The notes: a model not told the origin generated them from the sequence alone. A stretch of 64,000 nucleotides of DNA from an uncultured Fibrobacter sp. (GCF_947305105.1 NZ_CAMZCS010000011.1:13397-77396), one strand, 5' to 3'. Counted from the stretch's first letter, positions 24,856 through 34,592 are shown. A program made the numbers and translations.

Positions 24856-26844
24856 CTACTTCTTTTCGGACCGGCCAAAAGTATACCCCACAAGCTCGTC
24901 TTTACAAGTGCATTCTGTTTCACTCTCACACTCAACGCTGATTCGCTTGAAGTTCTTTCCAGGCTCTCGCGATTCGAGCAAAGAGATGTATTCCGCGCCT
25001 TCCGATTCAGGAGTACATTCAGGTGGATTCTTGTGCTTGTCGCTTTCCAGATCTTCTTCCGTTTCCAACGTCCAGGTGCCATTTTCACGATATCGATAAT
25101 ATTTTTTCGACATGCAGTAATCATACGTCTCGTAATACAATTTATGCGACACGTAAAATCCCATATCCATATCGTTAAAGCAGTTCTCCAACAAGCCGCC
25201 GACACGGTCCCCTACCGAAGCCTCTTTCGGCAAGTCCAGCACATCGTATTCCTCGTCGGTCAGGCCCTCTTTACGCGGATCCGTATATTGATGCGGGACA
25301 AGACCTGCCTCCAACCACTCGCCCCCATAGCAGTAATAAAATTTTTCGTCTTTCTGAATATACCTCGTTTCCGTATGAACCTGCGGACAGTAGCCAAGCA
25401 CAGAGTCTACAGTGGATTCTACCCACATATTTCTTGGGTCCTGAGAACTTTCCAGTTGCACATCAATAAACAAATAATGCCGCGTGCTATCTCCCAACTT
25501 GACGGAGCATGTATCGCCAATTTTCGGTTTCTCCGGTTTCTCCGCAGTGCAATAATATTCAATTTCATAATCGTTTTCATAATCGCTTTCACTCATCTCG
25601 ATCCACTTGCCGTCAACGCACTTGTAATAGAACTCAATAACATCTGGAGCTACACCATAAGAATGTTTTTCTTTTCTCCCCTCGTTTTCAGCAGTACATT
25701 CCATTGTCCATTGAGCCAAAGAGCTATCAGAATTACTTCGATTACCAAGAACATCAGAAAAGGCCAAAGGCTCCCAAACGCCGTCACCCATATAGAGATA
25801 CGTATTTTTGCCATAACAAACAGAATGACATCCCATGATGGATTTTCCCGTATTAACGCAAACCGATCTTTTACAAATTGCCCCTACTGACACTCCCGCA
25901 GTATCGCACACGAGATTCGAGCCGTCTTCATCAGAATTGTCCACTCCACAAAGACCTTCATAATGGCCATCAAATTCATTCCAAGAGCCTTGTTCGCACC
26001 TGTAATATTTTGTGTAACCGTAATCGATCTTTGGGTTCCAAGGTATATGAACGACGGAATCTACCAGCCCCTCATTTTCAGTGTTGCATTTCTTGAATTC
26101 AAGCATCTCCCTTTCACCACTAAACCTAAAAGGTTCAATAGCATAAGTTAGCACCATCGCACTATCAGGCGGTTCATCCCCTTTGGAAAGAAGAGACCAT
26201 TTACTATTTTCACATTTCCAATATCGCGGCATCGAGGAACAAGTTTCCGTGACTTTATAATATGCACCATCAATTTCAAGCGATTCATCACAGGACTCTC
26301 CAATTTCAAAATGACGAAGAGACGCTTCACACGAAGTTTCATCATCACGCACCCACTCATTGTTTTTACACGTGTAGAAATCTACAAACATGTGTACATT
26401 TTCTTGCCCCGTTGAATCAACAAGGCCTTCGTTCTTGGCATTGCACTTCCGGAAATCGGCGAAGGTTCTCTTTACATCGCAAGCAACACCCAAGCATTTT
26501 TCGAAAACTATAGTTTCCTCAGTAGAATCTTTTGCTTCAGAAACTTCCGCTTCAGTAACGCTGATCCATTTGCCATTTTCGCATTTATAGTAAGAATATT
26601 CATCATCTTCTGGAGTGAAGACTCTTAGATATCGGCCGTCAACTTGCATGTCATCGCTACAAATCAAATCCTCAACTTTCAAGGGCAACTTTGTTGCAGG
26701 AGACGGAGTCTCGGCACCGGAATCATCCAATCGCACCATAGTCTTATCATCGCCATCGCAGGCGGTCAAGGAAAGCGCCAGCAAGAAGGCCAGCGCGCAG
26801 GCGGCTTTGAAAAAGCATTTGTTTTTCGTGAGCAATATTGACAT
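24856..26844 (-). CDS. Cys-rich lipoprotein, paralog P2
   Basis: It starts MSILLTKNKCFFKAACALAFLLALSLTAC and has the same modules. About 760 bp (25175-25937) and 248 bp (26543-26790) are virtually identical to P4. Confidence 0.9.
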   Translation of the reverse strand: MSILLTKNKCFFKAACALAFLLALSLTACDGDDKTMVRLDDSGAETPSPATKLPLKVEDLICSDDMQVDGRYLRVFTPEDDEYSYYKCENGKWISVTEAEVSEAKDSTEETIVFEKCLGVACDVKRTFADFRKCNAKNEGLVDSTGQENVHMFVDFYTCKNNEWVRDDETSCEASLRHFEIGESCDESLEIDGAYYKVTETCSSMPRYWKCENSKWSLLSKGDEPPDSAMVLTYAIEPFRFSGEREMLEFKKCNTENEGLVDSVVHIPWNPKIDYGYTKYYRCEQGSWNEFDGHYEGLCGVDNSDEDGSNLVCDTAGVSVGAICKRSVCVNTGKSIMGCHSVCYGKNTYLYMGDGVWEPLAFSDVLGNRSNSDSSLAQWTMECTAENEGRKEKHSYGVAPDVIEFYYKCVDGKWIEMSESDYENDYEIEYYCTAEKPEKPKIGDTCSVKLGDSTRHYLFIDVQLESSQDPRNMWVESTVDSVLGYCPQVHTETRYIQKDEKFYYCYGGEWLEAGLVPHQYTDPRKEGLTDEEYDVLDLPKEASVGDRVGGLLENCFNDMDMGFYVSHKLYYETYDYCMSKKYYRYRENGTWTLETEEDLESDKHKNPPECTPESEGAEYISLLESREPGKNFKRISVECESETECTCKDELVGYTFGRSEKK

Positions 26845-26859
26845 AATTGACTTCTTGAG

Positions 26860-28275
26860 TTACAAGCCACTTTTTTGTGATCGACTATAATTATAGTCCA
26901 CAAACACCAACTTTCCAGAAGTACATTTGTAAATCTCACCAGGCGGATACGCATCTTCTGAAGTAGGCAATACTTCAACTTCACGGCCCTCGTTTTCTTC
27001 TGAGCATTCAAAATCCTCAAACCGAGAATCTTTTTCTATATCGTCTTTCGTTTCCGAGGTCCAAGAGCCATTTTCGCGATACCTATAATAGTTTCGTGGC
27101 AAACAGTAATCGTACTTATCACCAACCGAATCCCCAAATTCTAGATATGCATTATACCAACAATCTTCCAATAGCCCACCGGCACGGTCTCCAACCTTGG
27201 CATCCTTGGGCAAGTCCAGCACATCGTATTCCTCGTCGGTCAGGCCCTCTTTACGCGGATCCGTATATTGATGCGGGACAAGACCTGCCTCCAACCACTC
27301 GCCACCATCACAATAGAAATATTTCTCATCATCTGATTTAGCATAAATCGTTCTATATTCCGGATCAAAAAGGTGCGGACAATAACCAAACTTGGAATCA
27401 TACGTACTTTCCCGCCATCCATATTGCTCAACAAAGTAATAGTACTCCATCTTGCCATCGTCCGATTCATAGGAACACGTATCCCCATCTGTCGGTTTTT
27501 CTTTGGCGCAATTTTCTTCCACAGTACGAGCATCCCCATCAAACCAATCTCCATAAATACATCGATAAGAACGTACTATCGTATCTGATCCAACAATCCA
27601 TGAATAATCCTTATATTCATTATTGCATTCGCCCAATATATCTTCTGCAGGCTCCCAAATTCCATCACTTGTATATATGTATGCTGTCGCGACCGAGCCC
27701 CTTCTGTAATAAATTGTATACAAACATGGTTGCCCAACTTGCACGTCCGTGGTACCACAAGTAAATCCTACATCGTCATTAACCCAGGAACCTTGTTCGC
27801 ACTTGTAATAGTGTTTGAGTTCGATAGGGCCATCTGGTACAACAATAGAATCGACTATCCCTTCATTTTCAGCGTTGCATTCCTTAAAATCATTCTTTTG
27901 GAACATGTCTCTATTATCTGCAGTTGATACATAAACCGCACCAACAGGGATTTCTGTACTAGAAACAGCGTTCCATTCATTATTTTCGCATTTGTAATAA
28001 ATAATATCAGGCGATGCGCCACATGGTGATGACTCTAAAATCCAATTATTGCTCCCTCTGCTCGCAAAAAAATATCCCTCTAAAGAATCATTGCAAGGTT
28101 GCATCGGTTTAATAACGCTAGCACGAAGAGAATCGCAATGGGCCTCATGGGAATCATTCTCGGATGCCGACACATTATCATCGCCATCGCAGGCGGTCAA
28201 GGAAAACGCCAACAAGAAGGCCAGCGCGCAGGCGGCCGTGAACAAGCATTTATTTTTCATAGGCAACATTGACAT
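26860..28275 (-). CDS. Cys-rich lipoprotein, paralog P3
   Basis: It starts MSMLPMKNKCLFTAACALAFLLAFSLTAC. It contains YYKCENNEW, FKECNAENEGIVDS, YYKCEQGSW and FYCDGGEWLEAGLVPHQYTDPRKEGLTDEEYDVLDLPKDA. Confidence 0.85.
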   Translation of the reverse strand: MSMLPMKNKCLFTAACALAFLLAFSLTACDGDDNVSASENDSHEAHCDSLRASVIKPMQPCNDSLEGYFFASRGSNNWILESSPCGASPDIIYYKCENNEWNAVSSTEIPVGAVYVSTADNRDMFQKNDFKECNAENEGIVDSIVVPDGPIELKHYYKCEQGSWVNDDVGFTCGTTDVQVGQPCLYTIYYRRGSVATAYIYTSDGIWEPAEDILGECNNEYKDYSWIVGSDTIVRSYRCIYGDWFDGDARTVEENCAKEKPTDGDTCSYESDDGKMEYYYFVEQYGWRESTYDSKFGYCPHLFDPEYRTIYAKSDDEKYFYCDGGEWLEAGLVPHQYTDPRKEGLTDEEYDVLDLPKDAKVGDRAGGLLEDCWYNAYLEFGDSVGDKYDYCLPRNYYRYRENGSWTSETKDDIEKDSRFEDFECSEENEGREVEVLPTSEDAYPPGEIYKCTSGKLVFVDYNYSRSQKSGL

Positions 28276-28330
28276 CTCACCTTCCATGCACAAGAGCACT
28301 TAAAAAATACAATAAGAACACAAAGCAAGC

Positions 28331-30304
28331 CTACTTCTTTTGGGACCTAACAAAAATGTAATCAATGATTTCATCTTCACAATCATAATAGGGACCGGAT
28401 TCAGAAGCCCATGGAGTCACCACCTTCTCGCGTTTGTAAATTGTTCCCGGTTCATCTGAAGTAGGCGGCTTACTCCATTCCATACCTTCTGTTTCTGGAG
28501 TACAATCGGGGACATCGAAAGACGGGTCATCTTGTATGTCATCCCATGTTTCCAAAGTCCAGGTACCATCCTCGCGATAACGATAGTAGTTTTGACGCAA
28601 ACAAAAATATACATCATAATTTTCAGTAATTAGTTTACTATTAAAGCATTTCTCCAACAAGCCGCCGACACGGTCCCCTACCGAAGCCTCTTTCGGCAAG
28701 TCCAGCACATCGTATTCCTCGTCGGTCAGGCCCTCTTTACGCGGATCCGTATATTGATGCGGGACAAGACCTGCCTCCAACCACTCGCCCCCATAGCAGT
28801 AATAAAATTTTTCGTCTTTCTGAATATACCTCGTTTCCGTATGAACCTGCGGACAGTAGCCAAGCACAGAGTCTACAGTGGATTCTACCCACATATTTCT
28901 TGGGTCCTGAGAACTTTCCAGTTGCACATCAATAAACAAATAATGCCGCGTGCTATCTCCCAACTTGACGGAGCATGTATCGCCAATTTTCGGTTTCTCC
29001 AGTTTCTCCGCAGTGCAATAATATTCAATTTCATAATCGTTTTCATAATCGTTTTCATAATCGCTTTCACTCATCTCGATCCACTTGCCGTCAACGCACT
29101 TGTAATAGAACTCAATAACATCTGGAGCTACACCATAAGAATGTTTTTCTTTTCTCCCCTCGTTTTCAGCAGTACATTCCATTGTCCATTGAGCCAAAGA
29201 GCTATCAGAATTACTTCGATTACCAAGAACATCAGAAAAGGCCAAAGGCTCCCAAACGCCGTCACCCATATAGAGATACGTATTTTTGCCATAACAAACA
29301 GAATGACATCCCATGATGGATTTTCCCGTATTAACGCAAACCGATCTTTTACAAATTGCCCCTACTGACACTCCCGCAGTATCGCACACGAGATTCGAGT
29401 CGTCTTCATCAGAATCGTTCACTGCACAAACATTTTCATAATGGCTATCATATTTAATCCAAGAGCCTTGTTCGCACTTGTAATAATCTGTGTACCCGTT
29501 ATCGAACTTTGACTCAGCCATATGAACGACGGAATCTACCAGCCCTTCATTTTCAGCGTTGCATTTCTTGAAACGAAGTCTTTGGATTAAATCCCTACTT
29601 GATAATGGAAACGGATCATACACAATTCCATCTACACCCCTAGAAATAGACCATTTATTATTCTCACATTTATAATATCTATCACCACAACCTCCATTAT
29701 AAAAACTACTGTATTTGTAAAACGCCCCATCAATCTCATACGATTCATCACACAATATATTCGGTTCAAAATCACGAAGATATGCATCACATGTAGCATC
29801 AATATCATACACCCACATATTGTCTTCGCACGTATAAAAACTTACTTCTCTAGAATCATCTAAATCTACCGTTGAATCAACAAGGCCTTCGTTCTTGGCA
29901 TTGCACTTCCGGAAATCGGCGAGGTCTCTTTTAATATGGCAATCAACGCCTAAGCATTTACTGAAAACCAAATCTTCCTCAGTAGATTCATATGCTTTAT
30001 CAACTTCCGCTTCAGTAACGCTGATCCATTTGCCATTTTCGCATTTATAGTAAGAATATTCATCATCTTCTGGAGTGAAGACTCTTAGATATCGGCCGTC
30101 AACTTGCATGTCATCGCTACAAATCAAATCCTCAACTTTCAAGGGCAACTTTGTTGCAGGAGACGGAGTCTCGGCACCGGAATCATCCAATCGCACCATA
30201 GTCTTATCATCGCCATCGCAGGCGGTCAAGGAAAGCGCCAGCAAGAAGGCCAGCGCGCAAGCGGCCTTGAACAAGCATTTATTTTTCATGGGCAATATTG
30301 ACAT
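28331..30304 (-). CDS. Cys-rich lipoprotein, paralog P4
   Basis: It starts MSILPMKNKCLFKAACALAFLLALSLTAC and is mosaic with P2 (see findings). Confidence 0.9.
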   Translation of the reverse strand: MSILPMKNKCLFKAACALAFLLALSLTACDGDDKTMVRLDDSGAETPSPATKLPLKVEDLICSDDMQVDGRYLRVFTPEDDEYSYYKCENGKWISVTEAEVDKAYESTEEDLVFSKCLGVDCHIKRDLADFRKCNAKNEGLVDSTVDLDDSREVSFYTCEDNMWVYDIDATCDAYLRDFEPNILCDESYEIDGAFYKYSSFYNGGCGDRYYKCENNKWSISRGVDGIVYDPFPLSSRDLIQRLRFKKCNAENEGLVDSVVHMAESKFDNGYTDYYKCEQGSWIKYDSHYENVCAVNDSDEDDSNLVCDTAGVSVGAICKRSVCVNTGKSIMGCHSVCYGKNTYLYMGDGVWEPLAFSDVLGNRSNSDSSLAQWTMECTAENEGRKEKHSYGVAPDVIEFYYKCVDGKWIEMSESDYENDYENDYEIEYYCTAEKLEKPKIGDTCSVKLGDSTRHYLFIDVQLESSQDPRNMWVESTVDSVLGYCPQVHTETRYIQKDEKFYYCYGGEWLEAGLVPHQYTDPRKEGLTDEEYDVLDLPKEASVGDRVGGLLEKCFNSKLITENYDVYFCLRQNYYRYREDGTWTLETWDDIQDDPSFDVPDCTPETEGMEWSKPPTSDEPGTIYKREKVVTPWASESGPYYDCEDEIIDYIFVRSQKK

Positions 30305-30310
30305 GATAAT

Positions 30311-31330
30311 TTACTCCGCCGATTCCTTGCAATGAGGCAAATCGTAATATTCTTTGACTCTCCATCCAAAATAGGTTTCGTAAACATAAATGGCACTCCC
30401 ATACCAAGGATACTGTTCAGTAACCTCCGCAGGCGGCGTATAGCAACACCGATTATCGTTTCCATTGTTCGGCTCGCCACAATAGGAATGCACCGCCACC
30501 TCATCTGCAAAAAGCGTCTTCCATTCTTTATTCAAGCATAATGAGTAACACGTCTTCGAAGTTTTTGCAGACTTGAGCGTAGAATCAATTTTATTGTTGA
30601 TGCTTTCAGTACACGCATCGGCCGGAACAGAGCACGAATCTGCAGGATCATAGCTGAATTCTTTACATTCAAGGTCGCTATATACGCCCTGATTCGTCCA
30701 GCCATCTTCAGTGTACTTATAAAGGACGCTATAAGATGGGTATGTCACCTTAAAAGTACTATAAATGACATCACAGCATTCATCACCAACCTTTGTTTCT
30801 GCCGTGGTACACTTAGCGAGAGTGCCGTTAATCAAATTCCACTCGCTTTTTTCGCACATGTAATATTTCACGCCCTCATCGAGAGTTACCGTTGAATCAA
30901 CAAGGCCTTCGTTCTTGGCATTGCACTTCTGGAAATCGGCGAAGGTTCTCGTATTGAGGCAGGCAACACCCAAGCATTTATGCAAGATCAAATCATCCGC
31001 AACAGGAATTTCCGCATTAGAGACGCTGGCCCATTCGCCATTTTCACACTTGTAGTAAGCTTTTTCAGCCGGTTTTGAAGAGCTGGTGCTGACCATTTCT
31101 AGATATCGGCCATCGACTTCCATGCTATCGCTACAAACTAAGTCCCCGGTTTTCAAAGGCGAGTTTGTCAAGGGAGACGGAGTCTCGGCACCGGGACCAT
31201 CCCCAGATATCGAGATCACCGAAGGTGACGTTCCGTCTTCGTTACAGGCAGTCAGAGAAAGTGTCAGAGCGAAAGTCAACACGCCAGCAATATTGAAAAT
31301 CCGTTTATTTTTCTCGAACAACATAGACAT
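30311..31330 (-). CDS. Cys-rich lipoprotein, paralog P5 (short form lacking the acidic LVPHQYTDPRKEG module)
   Basis: It starts MSMLFEKNKRIFNIAGVLTFALTLSLTAC and contains YYKCENGEW, FQKCNAKNEGLVDS and YYMCEKSEW. It is first in the presumed operon, with AAGGAG before the ATG. Confidence 0.85.
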   Translation of the reverse strand: MSMLFEKNKRIFNIAGVLTFALTLSLTACNEDGTSPSVISISGDGPGAETPSPLTNSPLKTGDLVCSDSMEVDGRYLEMVSTSSSKPAEKAYYKCENGEWASVSNAEIPVADDLILHKCLGVACLNTRTFADFQKCNAKNEGLVDSTVTLDEGVKYYMCEKSEWNLINGTLAKCTTAETKVGDECCDVIYSTFKVTYPSYSVLYKYTEDGWTNQGVYSDLECKEFSYDPADSCSVPADACTESINNKIDSTLKSAKTSKTCYSLCLNKEWKTLFADEVAVHSYCGEPNNGNDNRCCYTPPAEVTEQYPWYGSAIYVYETYFGWRVKEYYDLPHCKESAE

Positions 31331-31804
31331 GATTGACTCCTTCGGGTTATTGGCATCTCTTATATTAAGATAAAAAAAAAGAAAAGCCTTCTAAAACAAT
31401 TAAACTTGTTTTTGTTGTAAACAATTTCAACAAGCACCGCTTATTGACATATTGGCAACAATATTTTCTTTACACGTATTCTCAGGACACAAAAAAACCG
31501 CCAAAAGCGAAATTCCTCTCATAGTTCAAACAAACGAATGTTTCCTCGTCACCCCTTGAACACACACTTTCTTTCGGCAAAAAAAATTCGTCATGAAAGA
31601 CTTTCTTATAACGCTTTGGCAAGTCGCTCCAAATAGGCGCAGGCCTCAAGGACCTCGGCAATTGCAAACATTTTGGGCCAAAATCTGTCTTTTTTTGAAA
31701 ATTTGCTCACAAAAGCCTTTATTCCATAGAAATATTCCATAATAGGATATAAAAAAACAGCCCTACACCGCCCTAATAAAAAGAATTAAAACTATTTTTA
31801 TAAT

Positions 31805-32797
31805 ATGTTATCAAAACTTCGCATATTTGCTGTCATCTTTTTGTTGATGTGCGTCACATCATTCGGTCAAAACACTTATGAGACCGATGTTGACTCCGCA
31901 TGGATTGCCTCCCAGAACGGCGGCAGGACAGAACTGAACGACGGGAACAACGAGCCCAACCCCGACTGTATCGGTGACGGCTGCGGTGTGACCACCTTCG
32001 AAACTAGGCAAGGCGACACTCAGCAAAGTGCAGCCGCAAACAACCAAGACGACGAAGAAGAGTGTACTCCGGCCGATTCAGCCAATCCGGACTGCGCCGA
32101 CGACACGGCCGATTCCACTGCATCCAAGAAATCTGTCACATACAACGAAGACGCCGACGCATTATACGTAAACGAGAACCGTGAAATTTACCGCGCCCGC
32201 AAGGAAGGTTTCTACACCTCCATCAATTTGGGATTCCGCCTAGGTGGTGGCGTCAACTTGCTTTTCGGCGAAAAAGCCGACACCTGGAACCCCGGTTATC
32301 TCGGCAACTTCGGGCTGTTCGTCAGGATTCCGTTCGGCGCCCAGACATTCAGGATAATGACGGCACTGGATTTCAGCTATCGCCGCTACCTGCACGAAGA
32401 AACCACGGAAATCAGCGACAACGAAGCCTATGTCGAGATGTACATGTTCGAAATTCCGTTCATGCTCCGTTACATTGGCGAAGACGACGGATTTTTCTTC
32501 GGCGTGGGCGGAGATTTGGGCCTCAAGCTCTCCGGATTTTCCGAATTCCGGCAAGAAACGCAAATCGAAGGGAAAATGCAGAAGGACAAACGCGACAAGA
32601 CCATCCCCACAAACGGCGTAGAACTGGGTGCGGTAGTTGACTTCGGCTTTATTTTCAACAGCCACTTCGGGTTCGACATCCGCATCGTGCAATATTTTAC
32701 CAACCTCGTGGACGAAGACAATTTGGCGGAATCCTCACTGTTTGGTTCCGAATTATGGCCTTTTAACGCTTCTTTCGGCATTTTTTACCAATTCTAA
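31805..32797 (+). CDS. Outer-membrane beta-barrel protein (OMP_b-brl_2/PorT-like) with an acidic Cys-containing N-terminal extension
   Basis: It has the signal peptide ..CVTSFGQ, alternating amphipathic strands, MFEIPFMLRY, and the terminal FGIFYQF (aromatic C-terminus typical of OMPs). Confidence 0.75.
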   Translation: MLSKLRIFAVIFLLMCVTSFGQNTYETDVDSAWIASQNGGRTELNDGNNEPNPDCIGDGCGVTTFETRQGDTQQSAAANNQDDEEECTPADSANPDCADDTADSTASKKSVTYNEDADALYVNENREIYRARKEGFYTSINLGFRLGGGVNLLFGEKADTWNPGYLGNFGLFVRIPFGAQTFRIMTALDFSYRRYLHEETTEISDNEAYVEMYMFEIPFMLRYIGEDDGFFFGVGGDLGLKLSGFSEFRQETQIEGKMQKDKRDKTIPTNGVELGAVVDFGFIFNSHFGFDIRIVQYFTNLVDEDNLAESSLFGSELWPFNASFGIFYQF

Positions 32798-32947
32798 TTT
32801 ATTCATGAAACTATCCGCGGGCCCCAAAAGCCCGTTTTTTGCACATTTTTCGTAAAAAACAAATTACCAATATATTTTCTCAACACAAATTTTTGAAGAT
32901 ATTTTTAGGAGAGCGTTGTTTACAATTAATATTGTTATAATTCAAGT

Positions 32948-33781
32948 ATGAAAACGAAAACACTTTCCCTGATTTGTGCTTTTATTTTCGCGTTTTCTGG
33001 AGCCGTCTTTGCACAGGACGACGATTCGGATGATTGGATTGGTGGTGATTCCAATAGCCGCAGTAGGCCAGCAGCATCCAGCTCCTACGACGGCGGAGAT
33101 GACAGCGAATTCGCAAACGACGAAGATTACGCACAGGCTTACGCCCGTTACAAGAACGAGGCGACTTCCAAGGCCGAAATCAACCGTCAGCGTACGGAAG
33201 GTTTCGCCCGTGCCATCATGCTCGGCGTGCGCGCCCAGGGCGGTACAAACACGTTCTTCGGGACCAATTCCGACGGATGGGGTTTGGGCTGGCAGGCCGG
33301 TGGCGGCCTCATGGTCAAGATGCCCCTGGGAATCAAGGACTTGTTTGTCGTTCCGGAACTCACGTTCAACTTCCGCCAGTACCTTTACAAACAGAGCACG
33401 GACTACGGCACGAACGAAGCTTCCATCGACATCATGATGTTCGAAATCCCGATCATCGTGCGCTATGTCCTCGAAGATTACAACGTCTATCTCGGCCTTG
33501 GTCTCAACATCGGCCTCAAGCTCACGGGTTCTTCGGAATTCGATATGGGCCTCGACATGGGCAACGACAAGCACTACGAGAACACCATCGCCACGTCCGG
33601 TGTCGAAGTCGGCGGTGCGCTTGACTTGGGCTACATGTTCAGCCGCTACGTACACTTCAACATTCGCGTGGTGCAGTGCTTCACGAGCCTTTTGAACCAG
33701 ACGCTGGTCGCACAGAAGGAATTCATGGACTCTACCTTGCTCACGTTCTACACGACAGCGGGTATAAACATCTTCTTCTAA
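32948..33781 (+). CDS. Outer-membrane beta-barrel protein, paralog of 31805-32797
   Basis: It has the signal peptide ..SGAVFAQ, an acidic DDDSDDW.. extension, MFEIPIIVRY, and the terminal AGINIFF. Confidence 0.75.
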   Translation: MKTKTLSLICAFIFAFSGAVFAQDDDSDDWIGGDSNSRSRPAASSSYDGGDDSEFANDEDYAQAYARYKNEATSKAEINRQRTEGFARAIMLGVRAQGGTNTFFGTNSDGWGLGWQAGGGLMVKMPLGIKDLFVVPELTFNFRQYLYKQSTDYGTNEASIDIMMFEIPIIVRYVLEDYNVYLGLGLNIGLKLTGSSEFDMGLDMGNDKHYENTIATSGVEVGGALDLGYMFSRYVHFNIRVVQCFTSLLNQTLVAQKEFMDSTLLTFYTTAGINIFF

Positions 33782-33787
33782 ACGGAA

Positions 33788-34507
33788 ATGGCTGTTAAAG
33801 GCTATGTACACTCTTTCATCACCGGGGCCGCATCTGACGGTCCCGGTGTTCGTTTTGCGCTGTTCACTACGGGTTGCCCGTTCCGCTGCCTGTATTGCCA
33901 CAACCCCGACACTTGGAACCTCCACGACGGCAACGAGACGGATTCGGACCACATCCTGGCCGAAATAGGGAAATACGCCGGGTTCCTGCGCATGGCAGGG
34001 GGGCTGACCATCACCGGCGGTGAACCGCTCGTACAGGCTGACTTCGTACACGACATCTTTGAGCGAGCTAAGAACGAGCTGCACTTGCACACGGCGCTTG
34101 ACACGCAGGGATTCCTTGCCGCGGGCCTACCCGACGAATGGTTCGACAGCGTGGACCTCGTGCTGCTCGACATCAAGGAAATGAACCCCGAGACACACCA
34201 GAAACTCACCGGCAAGCCCCTCCAGCCCACACTGGACTTCGCGCAACGGCTCGCCCGCATGGGCAAGCCCGTCTGGCTGCGTTACGTGCTCGTTCCAGGC
34301 CTTACCGACAGCGACGAGGACCTGCAGGCCCTGGCAGACTTCATCGAGCCCCTAAAGAACATTGAGCGAGTGGAAGTACTCCCCTTCCACAACATGGCCA
34401 TCCACAAGTGGGACGACCTCAAAATACCCTATACGCTCCGCGACACGCCGAGCCCGACAACCGAGCAAGTGGAGCACGCCAACAGCATACTTCAACGCCG
34501 TCGCTAA
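33788..34507 (+). CDS. pflA: Pyruvate formate-lyase activating enzyme (radical SAM)
   Basis: It has GYVHSFITGAASDGPGVRFALFTTGCPFRCLYCHNPDTW (CxxxCxxC), GGLTITGGEPL and VEVLPFH. Confidence 0.9.
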   Translation: MAVKGYVHSFITGAASDGPGVRFALFTTGCPFRCLYCHNPDTWNLHDGNETDSDHILAEIGKYAGFLRMAGGLTITGGEPLVQADFVHDIFERAKNELHLHTALDTQGFLAAGLPDEWFDSVDLVLLDIKEMNPETHQKLTGKPLQPTLDFAQRLARMGKPVWLRYVLVPGLTDSDEDLQALADFIEPLKNIERVEVLPFHNMAIHKWDDLKIPYTLRDTPSPTTEQVEHANSILQRRR

Positions 34508-34542
34508 GAGTCCCTTACTCCTAGCCATCCCGGCTATAAAAA

Positions 34543-34568
34543 AAGAGCACGCCCATCGGCATGCTCTT
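34543..34568. terminator. Bidirectional hairpin terminator between pflA and the giant cadherin gene
   Basis: AAGAGCAcGCC-catc-GGCaTGCTCTT, flanked by an A-run upstream and a T-rich sequence downstream. Confidence 0.55.
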
Positions 34569-34592
34569 AATTTCATTATGGCAGCGAGGCCA

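Noticed and set aside
31482-31667. A 61-aa minus-strand ORF (TTG start) in the 474-bp gap upstream of the lipoprotein array.
   Set aside because: It has a non-ATG start, no RBS and no recognisable motif. The region is better explained as promoter/leader DNA, although a degraded gene remnant cannot be excluded.
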